A stretch of 63,693 nt of DNA, counting the filler. It is 4 parts of 4 records of this genome, joined end to end, with 100 filler letters (N's around TTAATTAATTAA, not from the genome) between each part and the next. Parts side by side here need not be neighbours in the genome. Positions count along the whole stretch, not along the records: positions 1 to 26,249 come from SRR22947725_7655; 3 more parts are not named here. One strand, 5' to 3'. A program made the translations under genes and the position numbers. Shown piece after piece: positions 1 to 9,869 of this stretch. Under the pieces are notes generated by a model. It saw only the letters and a list, made by a program, of their open reading frames with translations. It was not told where the DNA came from and did no database searches. Numbering within the stretch: position 1 is the first letter of the stretch; every line of letters starts with the position of its first letter.

Positions 1-33
1 TTGAAAATCAACAAAAATGAAGAAAAGGAATAA

Positions 34-921
34 TCACTGAAAGGCGAGAAGGCCTGTACTCCACTCAGAAATTTGCTTATGCTCGATACATTTTAAGCCA
101 AAAGGCTCAAAAGAAGTCAACACATCTTCAAACTGTTCATGCAGAATACCTGAAACAACTAGCCTAGAATCTTTACTGTTATTTAAAGCTGCCACTATCC
201 TATCTGGATTCGCCATCAGCACAACTGCTAAAATATTAGCAATAACTAAATCATATTGTCTCGAAGCTTCATAAGTAGAGAGATCTTGTACAAATACATC
301 TATACCTTTACATGAAGACAACTCAAAATTCCCCTTTGAGATCTTCACAGCATCTGCATCATAATCAAAAGCTGATATATCTTTATAACCAAGCTTACTG
401 GCTGCCATTGTCAAAATACCAGAACCACTGCCCATATCTATAAAGGACTTAGGAGTCTCCGTCGCCAATTCATCTAAATACTCCAAACAAGCTCTAGTAG
501 TCCCGTGATTGCCAGTTCCAAAACTCATGCCCGGATCTATCTCTAATACTATCTGACCTCTACTCGCGTCGTAGTCTTCCCAAGAAGGCTTCACTATCAA
601 TCGTTCAGAAACCTTTATAACATGAAAAAAGGCTTTCCAAGTTTCTGTCCAATCCTCTTTTTGTATCTCGGTCGTAAATATCTCAAGTCGACTTAAATCT
701 AAAGTAAAGAATTCCTGCCAAGACTTGACCGAGTCTTTAACTTTGCGAAAAACCTCTTCCATAGTTGCTATATCTTCACTATATAAATATATATGAGCAG
801 AATGATCATCACGGTCAAAATACGATGTGGGAAATAAATCTATACTTGGCAGCATCTCATCAATCACATTGCCGGAATCCGCATCACTATTAATAACAAC
901 TGTATATAAGATGTCTGACAT
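34..921 (-). CDS. prmA: Ribosomal protein L11 methyltransferase
   Basis: Motifs DW..TWK.FF, IDPGMSFGTGNHGTT, DMGSGSGIL, YDLVIANIL, SGIL typical of PrmA. Confidence 0.95.
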   Translation of the reverse strand: MSDILYTVVINSDADSGNVIDEMLPSIDLFPTSYFDRDDHSAHIYLYSEDIATMEEVFRKVKDSVKSWQEFFTLDLSRLEIFTTEIQKEDWTETWKAFFHVIKVSERLIVKPSWEDYDASRGQIVLEIDPGMSFGTGNHGTTRACLEYLDELATETPKSFIDMGSGSGILTMAASKLGYKDISAFDYDADAVKISKGNFELSSCKGIDVFVQDLSTYEASRQYDLVIANILAVVLMANPDRIVAALNNSKDSRLVVSGILHEQFEDVLTSFEPFGLKCIEHKQISEWSTGLLAFQ

Positions 922-938
922 CTATTTTCTCTCTTAAA

Positions 939-1649
939 TTAAATCTTATCTTTTCCTGTCAACTGCTCTTCGAGGCTATCTGCCAACTCAGCCATCCTCA
1001 CAATACTCGTTTTAAGCAAAGCTGAGTCACTACTTTCCTGATGTATCTCTGCTGCTAAAGTCACCTTAACTGCCGAGCCATCTTCAACAATTGCCAATTC
1101 AGCCCAAGTTAACTTTTGATCAAAATCTTCAACTAATTTTCTTTGGGCCTGATTTATCTCACCACATTCTGTATAAATAGACACCGCTTTTTCTTTTTCA
1201 TAAACAAGCACCTCTTGACGACGACTTTGAGGTAAAGGAAGAACAATACTGCAGTATGAGTGATGGATCTCAAAACTCAAGAACTCACCTACTGCAAAAT
1301 CTTTCTTTAAATCCAAAAAGATACCCGGACTCTTTAACATCTTGCGCCATAGATCAACATCAGCCTCCAAATCCAAACCTGTAATTTCCCTTAGTGCATT
1401 ACAAATATCCATCTGCAAAGGAGTCTCTTTATCCATTAATTGCAGAAGAGCTTCGGTCGCACCCGACCATTTCCACTCTCGAAAAATATCCACTAAAGCC
1501 CATAGAGTATTTTCGGGGCATTCACTAAAGGCCCTATCAATTAAAGCTTGGCCAACAATAAGTGGGTCCATTTCAACCAGGGTACGCCTCGCCTCAGAAC
1601 GAGTCTTAAAATTATCGAGGTCGCACAATGACTTCTGTAAATTTGACAC
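939..1649 (-). CDS. Hypothetical protein with N-terminal HEAT-like helices and C-terminal YbjN/T3SS-chaperone-like domain
   Basis: 236 aa ORF; NALREITG.DL HEAT-like segment; C-terminal RRQEV...SIYTECG...ADSLEEQLTGKD resembles PVC YbjN-like domains (recognised by eye). Confidence 0.5.
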   Translation of the reverse strand: MSNLQKSLCDLDNFKTRSEARRTLVEMDPLIVGQALIDRAFSECPENTLWALVDIFREWKWSGATEALLQLMDKETPLQMDICNALREITGLDLEADVDLWRKMLKSPGIFLDLKKDFAVGEFLSFEIHHSYCSIVLPLPQSRRQEVLVYEKEKAVSIYTECGEINQAQRKLVEDFDQKLTWAELAIVEDGSAVKVTLAAEIHQESSDSALLKTSIVRMAELADSLEEQLTGKDKI

Positions 1650-1697
1650 GAAGAACTCCCTTATTTAAATATTCTTATTAAAATGACAAAAGTTACC

Positions 1698-1726
1698 TTG
1701 CAGAAAACAAAAAGGTTCCCTATTTT
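1698..1726 (+). promoter_or_regulatory. Sigma70-type promoter of the tRNA-Ser gene
   Basis: TTGCAG-N17-TATTTT followed by a GC-rich discriminator, 27 nt upstream of the tRNA. Confidence 0.55.
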
Positions 1727-1753
1727 AGGCCTCCCACGCGGACTATACAATGC

Positions 1754-1843
1754 GGAAAGATGACTGAGTGGTTGAAGGTGCTCGCCTGGAAAGCGAGTGT
1801 GGGGGCAACTCCACCGAGAGTTCGAATCTCTCTCTTTCCGCCA
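1754..1843 (+). tRNA. tRNA-Ser (anticodon GGA)
   Basis: Acceptor GGAAAGA/TCTTTCC + G discriminator + CCA; anticodon arm CTCGC-CT GGA AA-GCGAG; long variable arm; T-arm GAGAG TTCGAAT CTCTC. Confidence 0.97.
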
Positions 1844-1934
1844 TTCTCTTGGCAGAATCACAGTATACACTACTGCTGAAGTTTTCAAAAAAAATAAAGC
1901 TACGAAGGACTCATAGCCTGCAAAGGGGGGGTCT

Positions 1935-1962
1935 CACAACCTCAAGTAATCCTGAGGTTGTG
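1935..1962. terminator. Hairpin between convergent tRNA-Ser and csp genes, probable terminator
   Basis: CACAACCTCA-N8-TGAGGTTGTG perfect 10-bp stem. Confidence 0.55.
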
Positions 1963-1997
1963 TCGTTTATATCTTAAACTTTCACTTAGAGTGAAAA

Positions 1998-2201
1998 TTA
2001 TGCAGATACAACTTTAGTCGCACATGGCCCTTTCTGGCCTTCACCGACGATATATTCTACTTTCTGACCTTCGTCAAGTGACGCGTAGCCTGAAACTTGA
2101 ATTTCAGAATGGTGAACGAATAAATCCTTACCACCAGCATCTGGAGTGATAAAACCGAAACCCTTATCTGCGTTAAACCACTTTACTGTACCTGTATCCA
2201 T
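1998..2201 (-). CDS. cspA: Cold-shock protein (CSD)
   Basis: [15 protein letters not shown] (RNP1) and DLFVHHS (RNP2); paralogue identity uncertain. Confidence 0.95.
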   Translation of the reverse strand: MDTGTVKWFNADKGFGFITPDAGGKDLFVHHSEIQVSGYASLDEGQKVEYIVGEGQKGPCATKVVSA

Positions 2202-2500
2202 CTCGTATATTTCCTTGTTAGGTTATTGCTAGTTTTTAAAATTCTACAAACTCATAGAAAATTTCAACTGATGTATTAAGTCCCTAAAATAAAAAAAATC
2301 CAGTCCTTTTGAGCATATATCCACAATACTAAGCAGAATATTTTCTTTAAAATAGCTAAAAAAGGCATTTTTCAATCAATACTAAACCGACATTTCTACA
2401 ATTTAGCCCCAAAAGTTGGCACCAACAGGTGAGTCATTCTCTTTGACAAATATCGGTTTAATGGTTAAATAACGCCATAAAATATTTTAAGGACTTACAT

Positions 2501-2944
2501 ATGTCACACTATGAAAAAATTTGGTGGTTAGAAGATCAACTTCTTGGCGGTATGCGCCAACCTCCCCTAGAAGAGATATCAAACCTTTACAATAATGGAC
2601 TAAGGGCGATTGCTTCTTTTTTAGAATCACAAGAAAATCTTGAGGAATATAAACAAAATAATCTCGAAGCTTGCTGGATACCAGTAATTGATGACCTTGC
2701 CCCAACGCGCCAACAAGTAGAAGAGTTCTCTGATTTTGTCGATAAAATGAAAAAAGAGAACAAACCTTTAGCCGTACACTGCAAGGGAGGCAATGGAAGA
2801 GCCGGGACAATGCTAGCTGGATACTTCATACTGAAGGGAAAAAGCTCTCAAGAAACCTTAGAGTGGATGAGATTAGTTAACCCGAAAGCTGTTCGTACTA
2901 AAGTCCAAGAGGATTTCCTACACAGCTTAGCCTTCAATAAATGA
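2501..2944 (+). CDS. Dual-specificity/protein-tyrosine phosphatase family protein
   Basis: Catalytic loop VHCKGGNGRAG (HCxxGxxR); upstream PVIDDLAP general-acid loop. Confidence 0.9.
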   Translation: MSHYEKIWWLEDQLLGGMRQPPLEEISNLYNNGLRAIASFLESQENLEEYKQNNLEACWIPVIDDLAPTRQQVEEFSDFVDKMKKENKPLAVHCKGGNGRAGTMLAGYFILKGKSSQETLEWMRLVNPKAVRTKVQEDFLHSLAFNK

Positions 2945-3062
2945 GATAACTATCTGAGCGCCCTAATGACTTCTCGCAGACTAGAGTTAGTAAAATTTTC
3001 AGCATCGGCTATACTACAAACATCATATTTTTTATGCGACAATTTTTACATGGATTTCCCAA

Positions 3063-5315
3063 ATGATTTTTAGATTAATTTTATTCATTGGTATAGCTTG
3101 CTCTCTTAGCCTGTCTGCCTATGAGCTTGGCACCAAAGATTACAAAATCAGTGCTGACACCTCCCGACAATTTCTTGATGAAAATAAAATAGAACTTGAA
3201 GGTAATGTTGCCATTACTTATAAAGATGCAGTGATCTACTGTGACCGTCTTATCTACAACACATTAACAAAAGATTTTAACGCAACTGGGAAAGTTAAAG
3301 TAGTGAGTCAGTTTTCAGACTTTCGCACTAATGAAATAGTTGGTAACCTTGACACTAAACTCATCCAAACCAATCACCACCATTTAACTAGTGGACCTTG
3401 GTTTATCATCGGTCAAGAAGCTCAAAGCTTCCCTGATCGATCCATTGAAAGTAAACAAATACGCTGCACTACTTGTGATGTACACGAAGCCCCACACTGG
3501 CACATGACTGGCAGTACTGTCAACTATTTTGAAAATGGTGACTTTGAAGTCTACAACCCAGTTATGTGGTTTGGTGGCATTCCTTTTTTCTGGCTTCCAT
3601 ACATGCAAAGTGACATCAAAGGCAACGATGGCTTCTTAACTATTCGTCCAGGTTACGATTCTGACTGGGGTGCTTTCGCACTCATCTCCACCAAATATAG
3701 AATGAATGATTACGTTACCATTGAACCCATGATTGATTATCGCTCCAAAAAGGGTCTCGGCGGTGGCATACGCACAAACATAGACACCCAAAACTCTAAA
3801 ACTGAAATTTTACTATATGGCTCACAAGACAACGATCCTGAAGAGGATGACAGCGTAAATAAACTCTACCGAAGATTTGCTGTGGAAGATAGCCCCTACC
3901 GAATTTATGCCAATCACCGCAGTTCCTTTCACGACGACCGCTTAACTATTCAAGCTAAAGTTGATAAACTCAGTAATTACACCATGCTCGAAGACTTTTT
4001 CGAAGATGAGCATCACTATCGCCATCAACAATCAAGTAGCTATGCTGATATCGAATGGGCTGAAGAGAATTATAACACTTCACTTTATTTTCGACCTCGC
4101 TTAAATGATTTCTACAATGTTGTCGAGAGGTCTCCAGAGTTTCGTTTCAACTTACCTCGATATGAATTATTCAATAACCTTTATTTCACTTCTAAAAACT
4201 CTATCGGCCAACTTTCTACAGAATGGCTTGAATTTGACGAAGAATTGAACCCTGGTGCTATTGAAAATGAAAACTATGATTCTCTTAGAGCAGATTCACT
4301 CAACATGTTTCATTATCAAACGACTATAAATAATTGGCTTAACTTTATTCCAAGAGCCGGATTGCGATTTACTGCCTATTCTGACTCATCAAAAGAAGAT
4401 ATCGATAATGATGACCTCTCAGGACTAATCGATGCGAGTAACCCCTTGCGTGGCCCAGACTTTACAGTAAATAATTATGATGATGACGGCAGCAGCCTAT
4501 TTAGAGTACTTGGTGAAATTGGCTTTGAATCTAATTTTAAAATGTACAATACCCATCACGATTACAAAAGCGAATTCTGGGAAATTGATGGCCTCAGGCA
4601 TATCGTCATGCCTTATATGAACTGGAACTGGATTCCATTCTCCACCGAAGATCGTGAAAATATTTACTTTTTCGATGAAGTAGACCGCATACAAGAACAG
4701 AATTTTGTCAGAACTGGTGTAGAGCAGAGGTTCCAAACCCGTAGAGATGGTAAAATTCACACTCTCCTGACAGTTGAAAACTATATAGATTTTCACATAG
4801 ACTCAAAAGAAGCGAATGAAGGCATCGGCGACTTTGGCACTAAAGTTATCTGGAAGCCCTTCAAAGATTTGTCAGTTAATTCAGATGTTTTGATCGATAT
4901 GAATGACGGTTCTCTCAATGTTTTCCGCTCCTCAGCTAAATTCAGAGTAACAGACTCTATACTAGCATCTTTAGGATATCGGTACAGGGACGAATATGTA
5001 TCTCGTGACCTATATTCAAATGGATCCGAACTTAGCTCTGCCGTTTCCTCAAATGGCTTTGCCACCTCATATAGAGAATCTCACACTGTCCGTGCAGCCC
5101 TATCATACATGATTACTCCTAAGAACTTAGTTGTAGGCTCAGTACGTTATGATCTTCAAAATCAAGAATGGGTCGACACTAGTATTGAATTTCAACATAA
5201 ATTACACTGTTGGACTGTAAGTCTTTACCTTGGGAAAGATTATGATGACGACACTAAGCTCATGCTTATGTTCTATCTCAACGCTTATCCAGATGTCTCA
5301 CTTGGTGGCGGCTAA
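3063..5315 (+). CDS. lptD: LPS-assembly outer membrane protein LptD
   Basis: Signal peptide, OstA-like N-domain, TTCD...PHW, P.FWLPY, beta-barrel strands, C-terminal LHCW. Confidence 0.85.
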   Translation: MIFRLILFIGIACSLSLSAYELGTKDYKISADTSRQFLDENKIELEGNVAITYKDAVIYCDRLIYNTLTKDFNATGKVKVVSQFSDFRTNEIVGNLDTKLIQTNHHHLTSGPWFIIGQEAQSFPDRSIESKQIRCTTCDVHEAPHWHMTGSTVNYFENGDFEVYNPVMWFGGIPFFWLPYMQSDIKGNDGFLTIRPGYDSDWGAFALISTKYRMNDYVTIEPMIDYRSKKGLGGGIRTNIDTQNSKTEILLYGSQDNDPEEDDSVNKLYRRFAVEDSPYRIYANHRSSFHDDRLTIQAKVDKLSNYTMLEDFFEDEHHYRHQQSSSYADIEWAEENYNTSLYFRPRLNDFYNVVERSPEFRFNLPRYELFNNLYFTSKNSIGQLSTEWLEFDEELNPGAIENENYDSLRADSLNMFHYQTTINNWLNFIPRAGLRFTAYSDSSKEDIDNDDLSGLIDASNPLRGPDFTVNNYDDDGSSLFRVLGEIGFESNFKMYNTHHDYKSEFWEIDGLRHIVMPYMNWNWIPFSTEDRENIYFFDEVDRIQEQNFVRTGVEQRFQTRRDGKIHTLLTVENYIDFHIDSKEANEGIGDFGTKVIWKPFKDLSVNSDVLIDMNDGSLNVFRSSAKFRVTDSILASLGYRYRDEYVSRDLYSNGSELSSAVSSNGFATSYRESHTVRAALSYMITPKNLVVGSVRYDLQNQEWVDTSIEFQHKLHCWTVSLYLGKDYDDDTKLMLMFYLNAYPDVSLGGG

Positions 5316-5749
5316 TTCTTAATTCTTCTAAGCATAATTTTAGAGGTACCCATTTCAATAGTAAGTTCATTCTGAGTTACTATGTACTTCCATTCTAGGC
5401 CCTTTATTTCATCTTTATGCTTGGGGTTATACCACACGAAAGTTTTAGGACTGGATTTCAATTCTTTTTTAATAGAAGGAATGATATAACCTTTCTTATC
5501 TAATGATATGCGAATGGTCTTCTCATAAGATTGACCCTCATTGCCATAAGCATTCATTTTTAAATAAGTGAGCTTAGTCTTATTGTAAGCTGTAATTTCT
5601 AAAAGAATCCTTTTGGGAGGCGATGGTTCTTTTGAACGAATAATGAAAGTCTCCCACTTTCCATGTAAAAGTGACCGTTCTTTATCCTGTTCTTTACCCT
5701 TATTACAGGCAGTCAACAAAATCAATAATACTATAAAAAAATATTTCAT
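5312..5749 (-). CDS. Hypothetical lipoprotein (lipocalin-like)
   Basis: Lipobox LLTAC; LHGKW motif after the signal. Confidence 0.55.
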   Translation of the reverse strand: MKYFFIVLLILLTACNKGKEQDKERSLLHGKWETFIIRSKEPSPPKRILLEITAYNKTKLTYLKMNAYGNEGQSYEKTIRISLDKKGYIIPSIKKELKSSPKTFVWYNPKHKDEIKGLEWKYIVTQNELTIEMGTSKIMLRRIKN

Positions 5750-5806
5750 AAGATATCACAAACTCATTTTAAGTGCCAATTTATAACATCTAGTTAAAAT
5801 ATAAGT

Positions 5807-6721
5807 TCATAGACTTTTTGAAAACCAGATGAAATTGTGACTTTTACCTTCAGTTTCAAGAGGTGAGGAAGTCACTTTAAAATCCAATTTTTGAAAAAGG
5901 GTAATAGCTTGTGGCATACGAGTTGCCGTTTTTGCATACACTGTTCTGTAGCCATAAGCACGTGCCTTTTCGAGGCCCCTTAACAAAATTTTCTTACCTA
6001 GTCCAAACCCGCGTTCTTCACTTTGTAAGTACATTTTTCTGACTTCACAGCAATGCTTACCAGCTGTAGACAATGGACTAATTCCAAGCCCACCCTTAAC
6101 GAGCCCCGATTTTAATACTGTATAAAAAATATGACCTTTTTGAGAATAAACTTGATACATCGAGCGAACTTCTTCATCCTCATAGGCATTCGTCAATTCT
6201 CGAGCATTAAATTCTGCTAAAACTTGAAGAATGATCTTACCCAAGGCTATATCATCAGCCCCGATAATTTCCCTCACCGTATATTGTGCTTGAAGACGCG
6301 AATAATACAAAGCTCGAGAGAATAACTCCATACCTTGTACCGCATGCTCCAACTCATCGTTCTGCAAGATCGCCAAAGCCTCAATTATAGCTTCTGCCGC
6401 ACGCTCATCCAGCATACCTACTAAATCGCGACCTTTTTTCGTTAAAGTATAAGGCTTCAAACGGTTATCAGTCGGATCGACTAATTGCATTATATACTGT
6501 TGCTCCAGTAAGAATTTTATATTTCTACTGGTTGTTGATTTATTTTGCGACAACAAGCGACTCAATTCAATAATGGTTAAAGTATGCAGCCGTTGTAATT
6601 CTAGTAAAATCTGACATTGCGATTGCCCAAGCCCAAAGTCATTACTTTCAAAAATCTCCGATTCACGAATAATCCTTAAAATGGACTCCCTGATTGATAC
6701 TACATCTTGACTCAAACTCAT
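5807..6721 (-). CDS. Bifunctional MarR-type HTH regulator / GNAT acetyltransferase
   Basis: N-terminal wHTH (ELSRLL..NKSTTSR, DPTDNRLKPYTLTKKG); C-terminal GNAT (CEVRKMYL, RGFGLGK, AITLFQKLDF). Confidence 0.9.
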   Translation of the reverse strand: MSLSQDVVSIRESILRIIRESEIFESNDFGLGQSQCQILLELQRLHTLTIIELSRLLSQNKSTTSRNIKFLLEQQYIMQLVDPTDNRLKPYTLTKKGRDLVGMLDERAAEAIIEALAILQNDELEHAVQGMELFSRALYYSRLQAQYTVREIIGADDIALGKIILQVLAEFNARELTNAYEDEEVRSMYQVYSQKGHIFYTVLKSGLVKGGLGISPLSTAGKHCCEVRKMYLQSEERGFGLGKKILLRGLEKARAYGYRTVYAKTATRMPQAITLFQKLDFKVTSSPLETEGKSHNFIWFSKSL

Positions 6722-6908
6722 TTCACTCCTTCTAAATCGCTATTCTTATAAACATAATAATATAAAATATCACCACCCAAAATAAGCCCCTTTAAGAAAA
6801 TATGGCTTAAAAAGTTGCACCCTGAGATTAATTTTTAAAATGAATTCTGTGCTCGAAATACATTAATTCATTCTGAATACTGGAATTTACATATTACATA
6901 CGACTATA

Positions 6909-6929
6909 TTAGTTGCATAAGGAAACTAA
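6909..6929. promoter_or_regulatory. Palindromic candidate MarR operator upstream of phhA
   Basis: TTAGTTGCATAAGGAAACTAA; outer TTAGTT/AACTAA perfect, 16 of 21 positions symmetric; extra half-site AGTTGCA at 6813. Confidence 0.5.
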
Positions 6930-6940
6930 CTAAAGCCACT

Positions 6941-7729
6941 ATGAAAAAGGAATCGACATATAAATCAAAACCAACTTCTCCGAGTGGCAGAGTTCAATGG
7001 AGCCTTTCGGAAAATCACCTATGGTCAGATTTATTAAAAATGCAGATGCCACAAGTACAAAAAAAGGCCTGCAGTGAATACTTACTCGGCTTGAACGTTC
7101 TTAATTTTCAAAAAAATGAAATCCCTCAGATACCAGATATCAATAAAATAATATCAAAGCGTACCGGCTGGGTTATAGAGCCAGTTCCTGCTCTTATAGA
7201 TTTTGATACCTTCTTTCATCTGTTGGCTACAAGACATTTCCCATGCGCGACATTCATTCGCAAGAAAAAAGACTTGTACTACTTACCTGAACCAGACATC
7301 TTCCATGAAATATTTGGTCATTGCCCCTTACTCACTAACCCTCATTTTGCTGATTTTACTGCCCGTTATGGCAAACTCGGCCTAAATGCAACTCACAAAG
7401 AAAGAATTAAACTAGCAAGACTCTATTGGTTCACGGTAGAATTCGGCTTATTAAAGAAAGCTGATAATTGGAAAGTATTTGGAGGGGGAATACTTTCCAG
7501 CATTGGTGAAACAGATTATTGTGATGCCCCTGAGGTTGAAAAGCAGCCATTCGATTTATTAACTATAATGAGAACACCTTATAGAATAGATATCCTTCAA
7601 CCCATATACTATTACTTAGAATCGCTCGAAGAACTCGAATCATTATCCGAAGAATTAATCATGGAAAATGTTCACGAAGCAATGAATTTAGGTCTTCTTC
7701 CCGCAAAATTCCCTCCGAAATCAGCATAA
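6941..7729 (+). CDS. phhA: Phenylalanine 4-monooxygenase
   Basis: YLPEPDIFHEIFGHCPLL iron-binding motif, LYWFTVEFGL, GGGILSSIGE, YRIDILQPIYY. Confidence 0.97.
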   Translation: MKKESTYKSKPTSPSGRVQWSLSENHLWSDLLKMQMPQVQKKACSEYLLGLNVLNFQKNEIPQIPDINKIISKRTGWVIEPVPALIDFDTFFHLLATRHFPCATFIRKKKDLYYLPEPDIFHEIFGHCPLLTNPHFADFTARYGKLGLNATHKERIKLARLYWFTVEFGLLKKADNWKVFGGGILSSIGETDYCDAPEVEKQPFDLLTIMRTPYRIDILQPIYYYLESLEELESLSEELIMENVHEAMNLGLLPAKFPPKSA

Positions 7730-7784
7730 AATTTTCAATCTTACTTTTAATCCCTTATAATAATATAAGTAAGTGGGAATTGTC

Positions 7785-8804
7785 ATGCAGATCACCTTTA
7801 ACACCTCAAGTTTTCTAATCTCAGAAGTAGACTCAACCCTCAACGGCGAAGACTACAGTTTGAGTAATGCTATTATTGATCTACAAAACATTAATACCCC
7901 AGAAATAGAAAATAGTGGTTCCACAAGCTTCTCTTCAAGCACCATCGCAGAAAAAAGGCGCATCTTACAAAGAGCTTTAAATCTTCAGGATGCTGCTCAA
8001 ACTCTTTCATCTCATTTGAAGTCAAATAGAAACAATCTATCTGGGAGCTTAGCCTCAGATACATCAACTGAAGCTTTAGAAATAAACTTTGGAGATGAAG
8101 AGAATATAATCAGTGCAGTAAGTGGTCTTTCTGAACTGACTAGTGGCACCTTCCAAATAAATGGCAAGGTAATTGGTATTGACACATCAACAGATTCACT
8201 AATAGATGTGATTGACAGAGTCAATTCTTCAGAAAGTGGTGTACAACTATCATATGACTATGCCGAACAGGCGCTTACCATTTCCTCACTCAACCGTCAC
8301 CAAATTTTACTTAATGATGGCAGCAGTAACTTCTTTTCCGCACTAAATTTACATGAAGGCTATATTAGTGGAGATCAAAGCAATAGCGAAGAAGCCACCG
8401 CCACTGATGCCGATACCCAGCGCTACTTTAAACGTTTTGCGGCTCGTTTTAATCGATTATTGCAAAGTGACTTCTCTATCGCTGGTGAAGAAACCTTTAA
8501 GGATGCCTTAATAAATGCAGCCCAAAATTCAATTCAAACCTTCATTGATAGCTCATTTACAAGTGGAGAAACTCGACTTGCATCAAATGTCCTTATGACC
8601 ATCAATTCCCAGACGGCTCAATTTGGAAGTACAGAAATATCTTTCGAAAAAAATGACTCGCCAAGTCAATTTCTTAACTTCCTGAGCTCACCACAAGGTT
8701 TAGTTTCACCATTTACTTCATTAACAAATAATAAAAATGAACAACTAAAAGAAAGCCTCAGAACAAACAACTCAAATGGGGTCATTATCTCCACACAAAT
8801 TTAA
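7785..8804 (+). CDS. Hypothetical protein with FliD/flagellin hook-IN-like domain
   Basis: GTFQINGKVIGIDTSTDSLIDVIDRVNSSESGVQLSYD...SNFFSALNL resembles the FliD/flagellin variable domain; start uncertain (7773 GTG or 7785 ATG). Confidence 0.5.
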   Translation: MQITFNTSSFLISEVDSTLNGEDYSLSNAIIDLQNINTPEIENSGSTSFSSSTIAEKRRILQRALNLQDAAQTLSSHLKSNRNNLSGSLASDTSTEALEINFGDEENIISAVSGLSELTSGTFQINGKVIGIDTSTDSLIDVIDRVNSSESGVQLSYDYAEQALTISSLNRHQILLNDGSSNFFSALNLHEGYISGDQSNSEEATATDADTQRYFKRFAARFNRLLQSDFSIAGEETFKDALINAAQNSIQTFIDSSFTSGETRLASNVLMTINSQTAQFGSTEISFEKNDSPSQFLNFLSSPQGLVSPFTSLTNNKNEQLKESLRTNNSNGVIISTQI

Positions 8805-8805
8805 T

Positions 8806-9339
8806 TCAGTTTTGAAACTCTAACAGAATTCTCTCATCCTGAATAAAATACTTTATGAAGATACCTGTTAAGTAATTTTTAGTTGGAAATGTGAAAGCAA
8901 AAAGAATAAGTAAAGGTAAATAGGCTAAAAGGTTATAAAGGTTTGCACCCATAATTACCGTCACAGCGCTAAATAGGGCACTGGCTTCGAGTAAAGCTAA
9001 GCGGGCGATAATCACAGTCCGAATCTTCATAGATGCTTGCTCGACGCCATTATCATCATCAAGATTAACGCCGCGCATCAATACACCAGGGACAAAAGAC
9101 ATAACTAGTATATTAAAAGCAATGAAAATAAAATTGATCATGGTCAACAATGAAAGAAGCTCACTCTCATTTGGCTTAGCAACTGCCGTCGCTACAACAG
9201 CAAAGATAAGTGGGCCTCCAACTAATGAACACGAAACAACTCTTAACTGCATCATATAAGCCCCATCTAACATTTCCTTGAATTGACTTACTTTCTCTTT
9301 CAATTGCTCCATAAAACCCCGATTAAATACATTATCCAC
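8806..9339 (-). CDS. Hypothetical membrane protein (about 4 TM helices)
   Basis: Four hydrophobic segments, IARLALLEASALF motif. Confidence 0.6.
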   Translation of the reverse strand: MDNVFNRGFMEQLKEKVSQFKEMLDGAYMMQLRVVSCSLVGGPLIFAVVATAVAKPNESELLSLLTMINFIFIAFNILVMSFVPGVLMRGVNLDDDNGVEQASMKIRTVIIARLALLEASALFSAVTVIMGANLYNLLAYLPLLILFAFTFPTKNYLTGIFIKYFIQDERILLEFQN

Positions 9340-9813
9340 CTATAAGATTTCATTATATATAAAAATGACGACTTTTGTAATAAATAGACTCACGACTTAA
9401 TCTATGTCACATAATTTAATCAATCGTGTGTTCGTGAAAGTCATTTTACTGATCTGCCTATTATCTACTCATACTTCAAATGCAGATGGCCACCTAAGGT
9501 AACCTTCATAAAAATGTCAGACCTATACCGATAATTTTCGCTTACTGAAAGCTTGATTTACACAAACGTCAAATTTATAGCACATACTATTCTGTTGTAC
9601 TACGCTTTATACTAAAAATACTTATGTGAAATATTCGCAACTCTAAAAAACAAAAAATGGCCACCTTAAGAATTCATCCTCCAATGAATTCCTTCTTACA
9701 ACTTCTACAAACAACTAACAGTTAAATAAATACATTTTTTAATAAAAGTTGTATATTACGCGATAAATACAACTGTTGTACTTGTAGATTTTAAACTGCC
9801 AGTTAGAATTTAT

Positions 9814-9869
9814 TGGGTTCCCGCTATCGTCATCCCTCTTCCCCTCAGTGTAACTATGGCGGGAACCCA
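9814..9869 (+). ncRNA. Candidate small RNA: 14-bp terminal stem with a CU-rich loop
   Basis: TGGGTTCCCGCTAT pairs with ATGGCGGGAACCCA (one U-G pair); loop CATCCCTCTTCCCCTCAG; promoter TTGTAG-N16-TAGAAT ends 5 nt before the GGG that opens the stem. Confidence 0.5.

Noticed and set aside
1754-1843. tRNA-Ser as an island integration site
   Set aside because: No duplicated tRNA 3' end or integrase seen in the contig
1661-1977. ORFs 1661-1888 and 1768-1977
   Set aside because: They overlap the tRNA-Ser gene; spurious
9486-9670. Short direct repeat ATGGCCACCT(T)AAG at 9486 and 9657
   Set aside because: Only two copies of about 13 bp with no associated element; insufficient support
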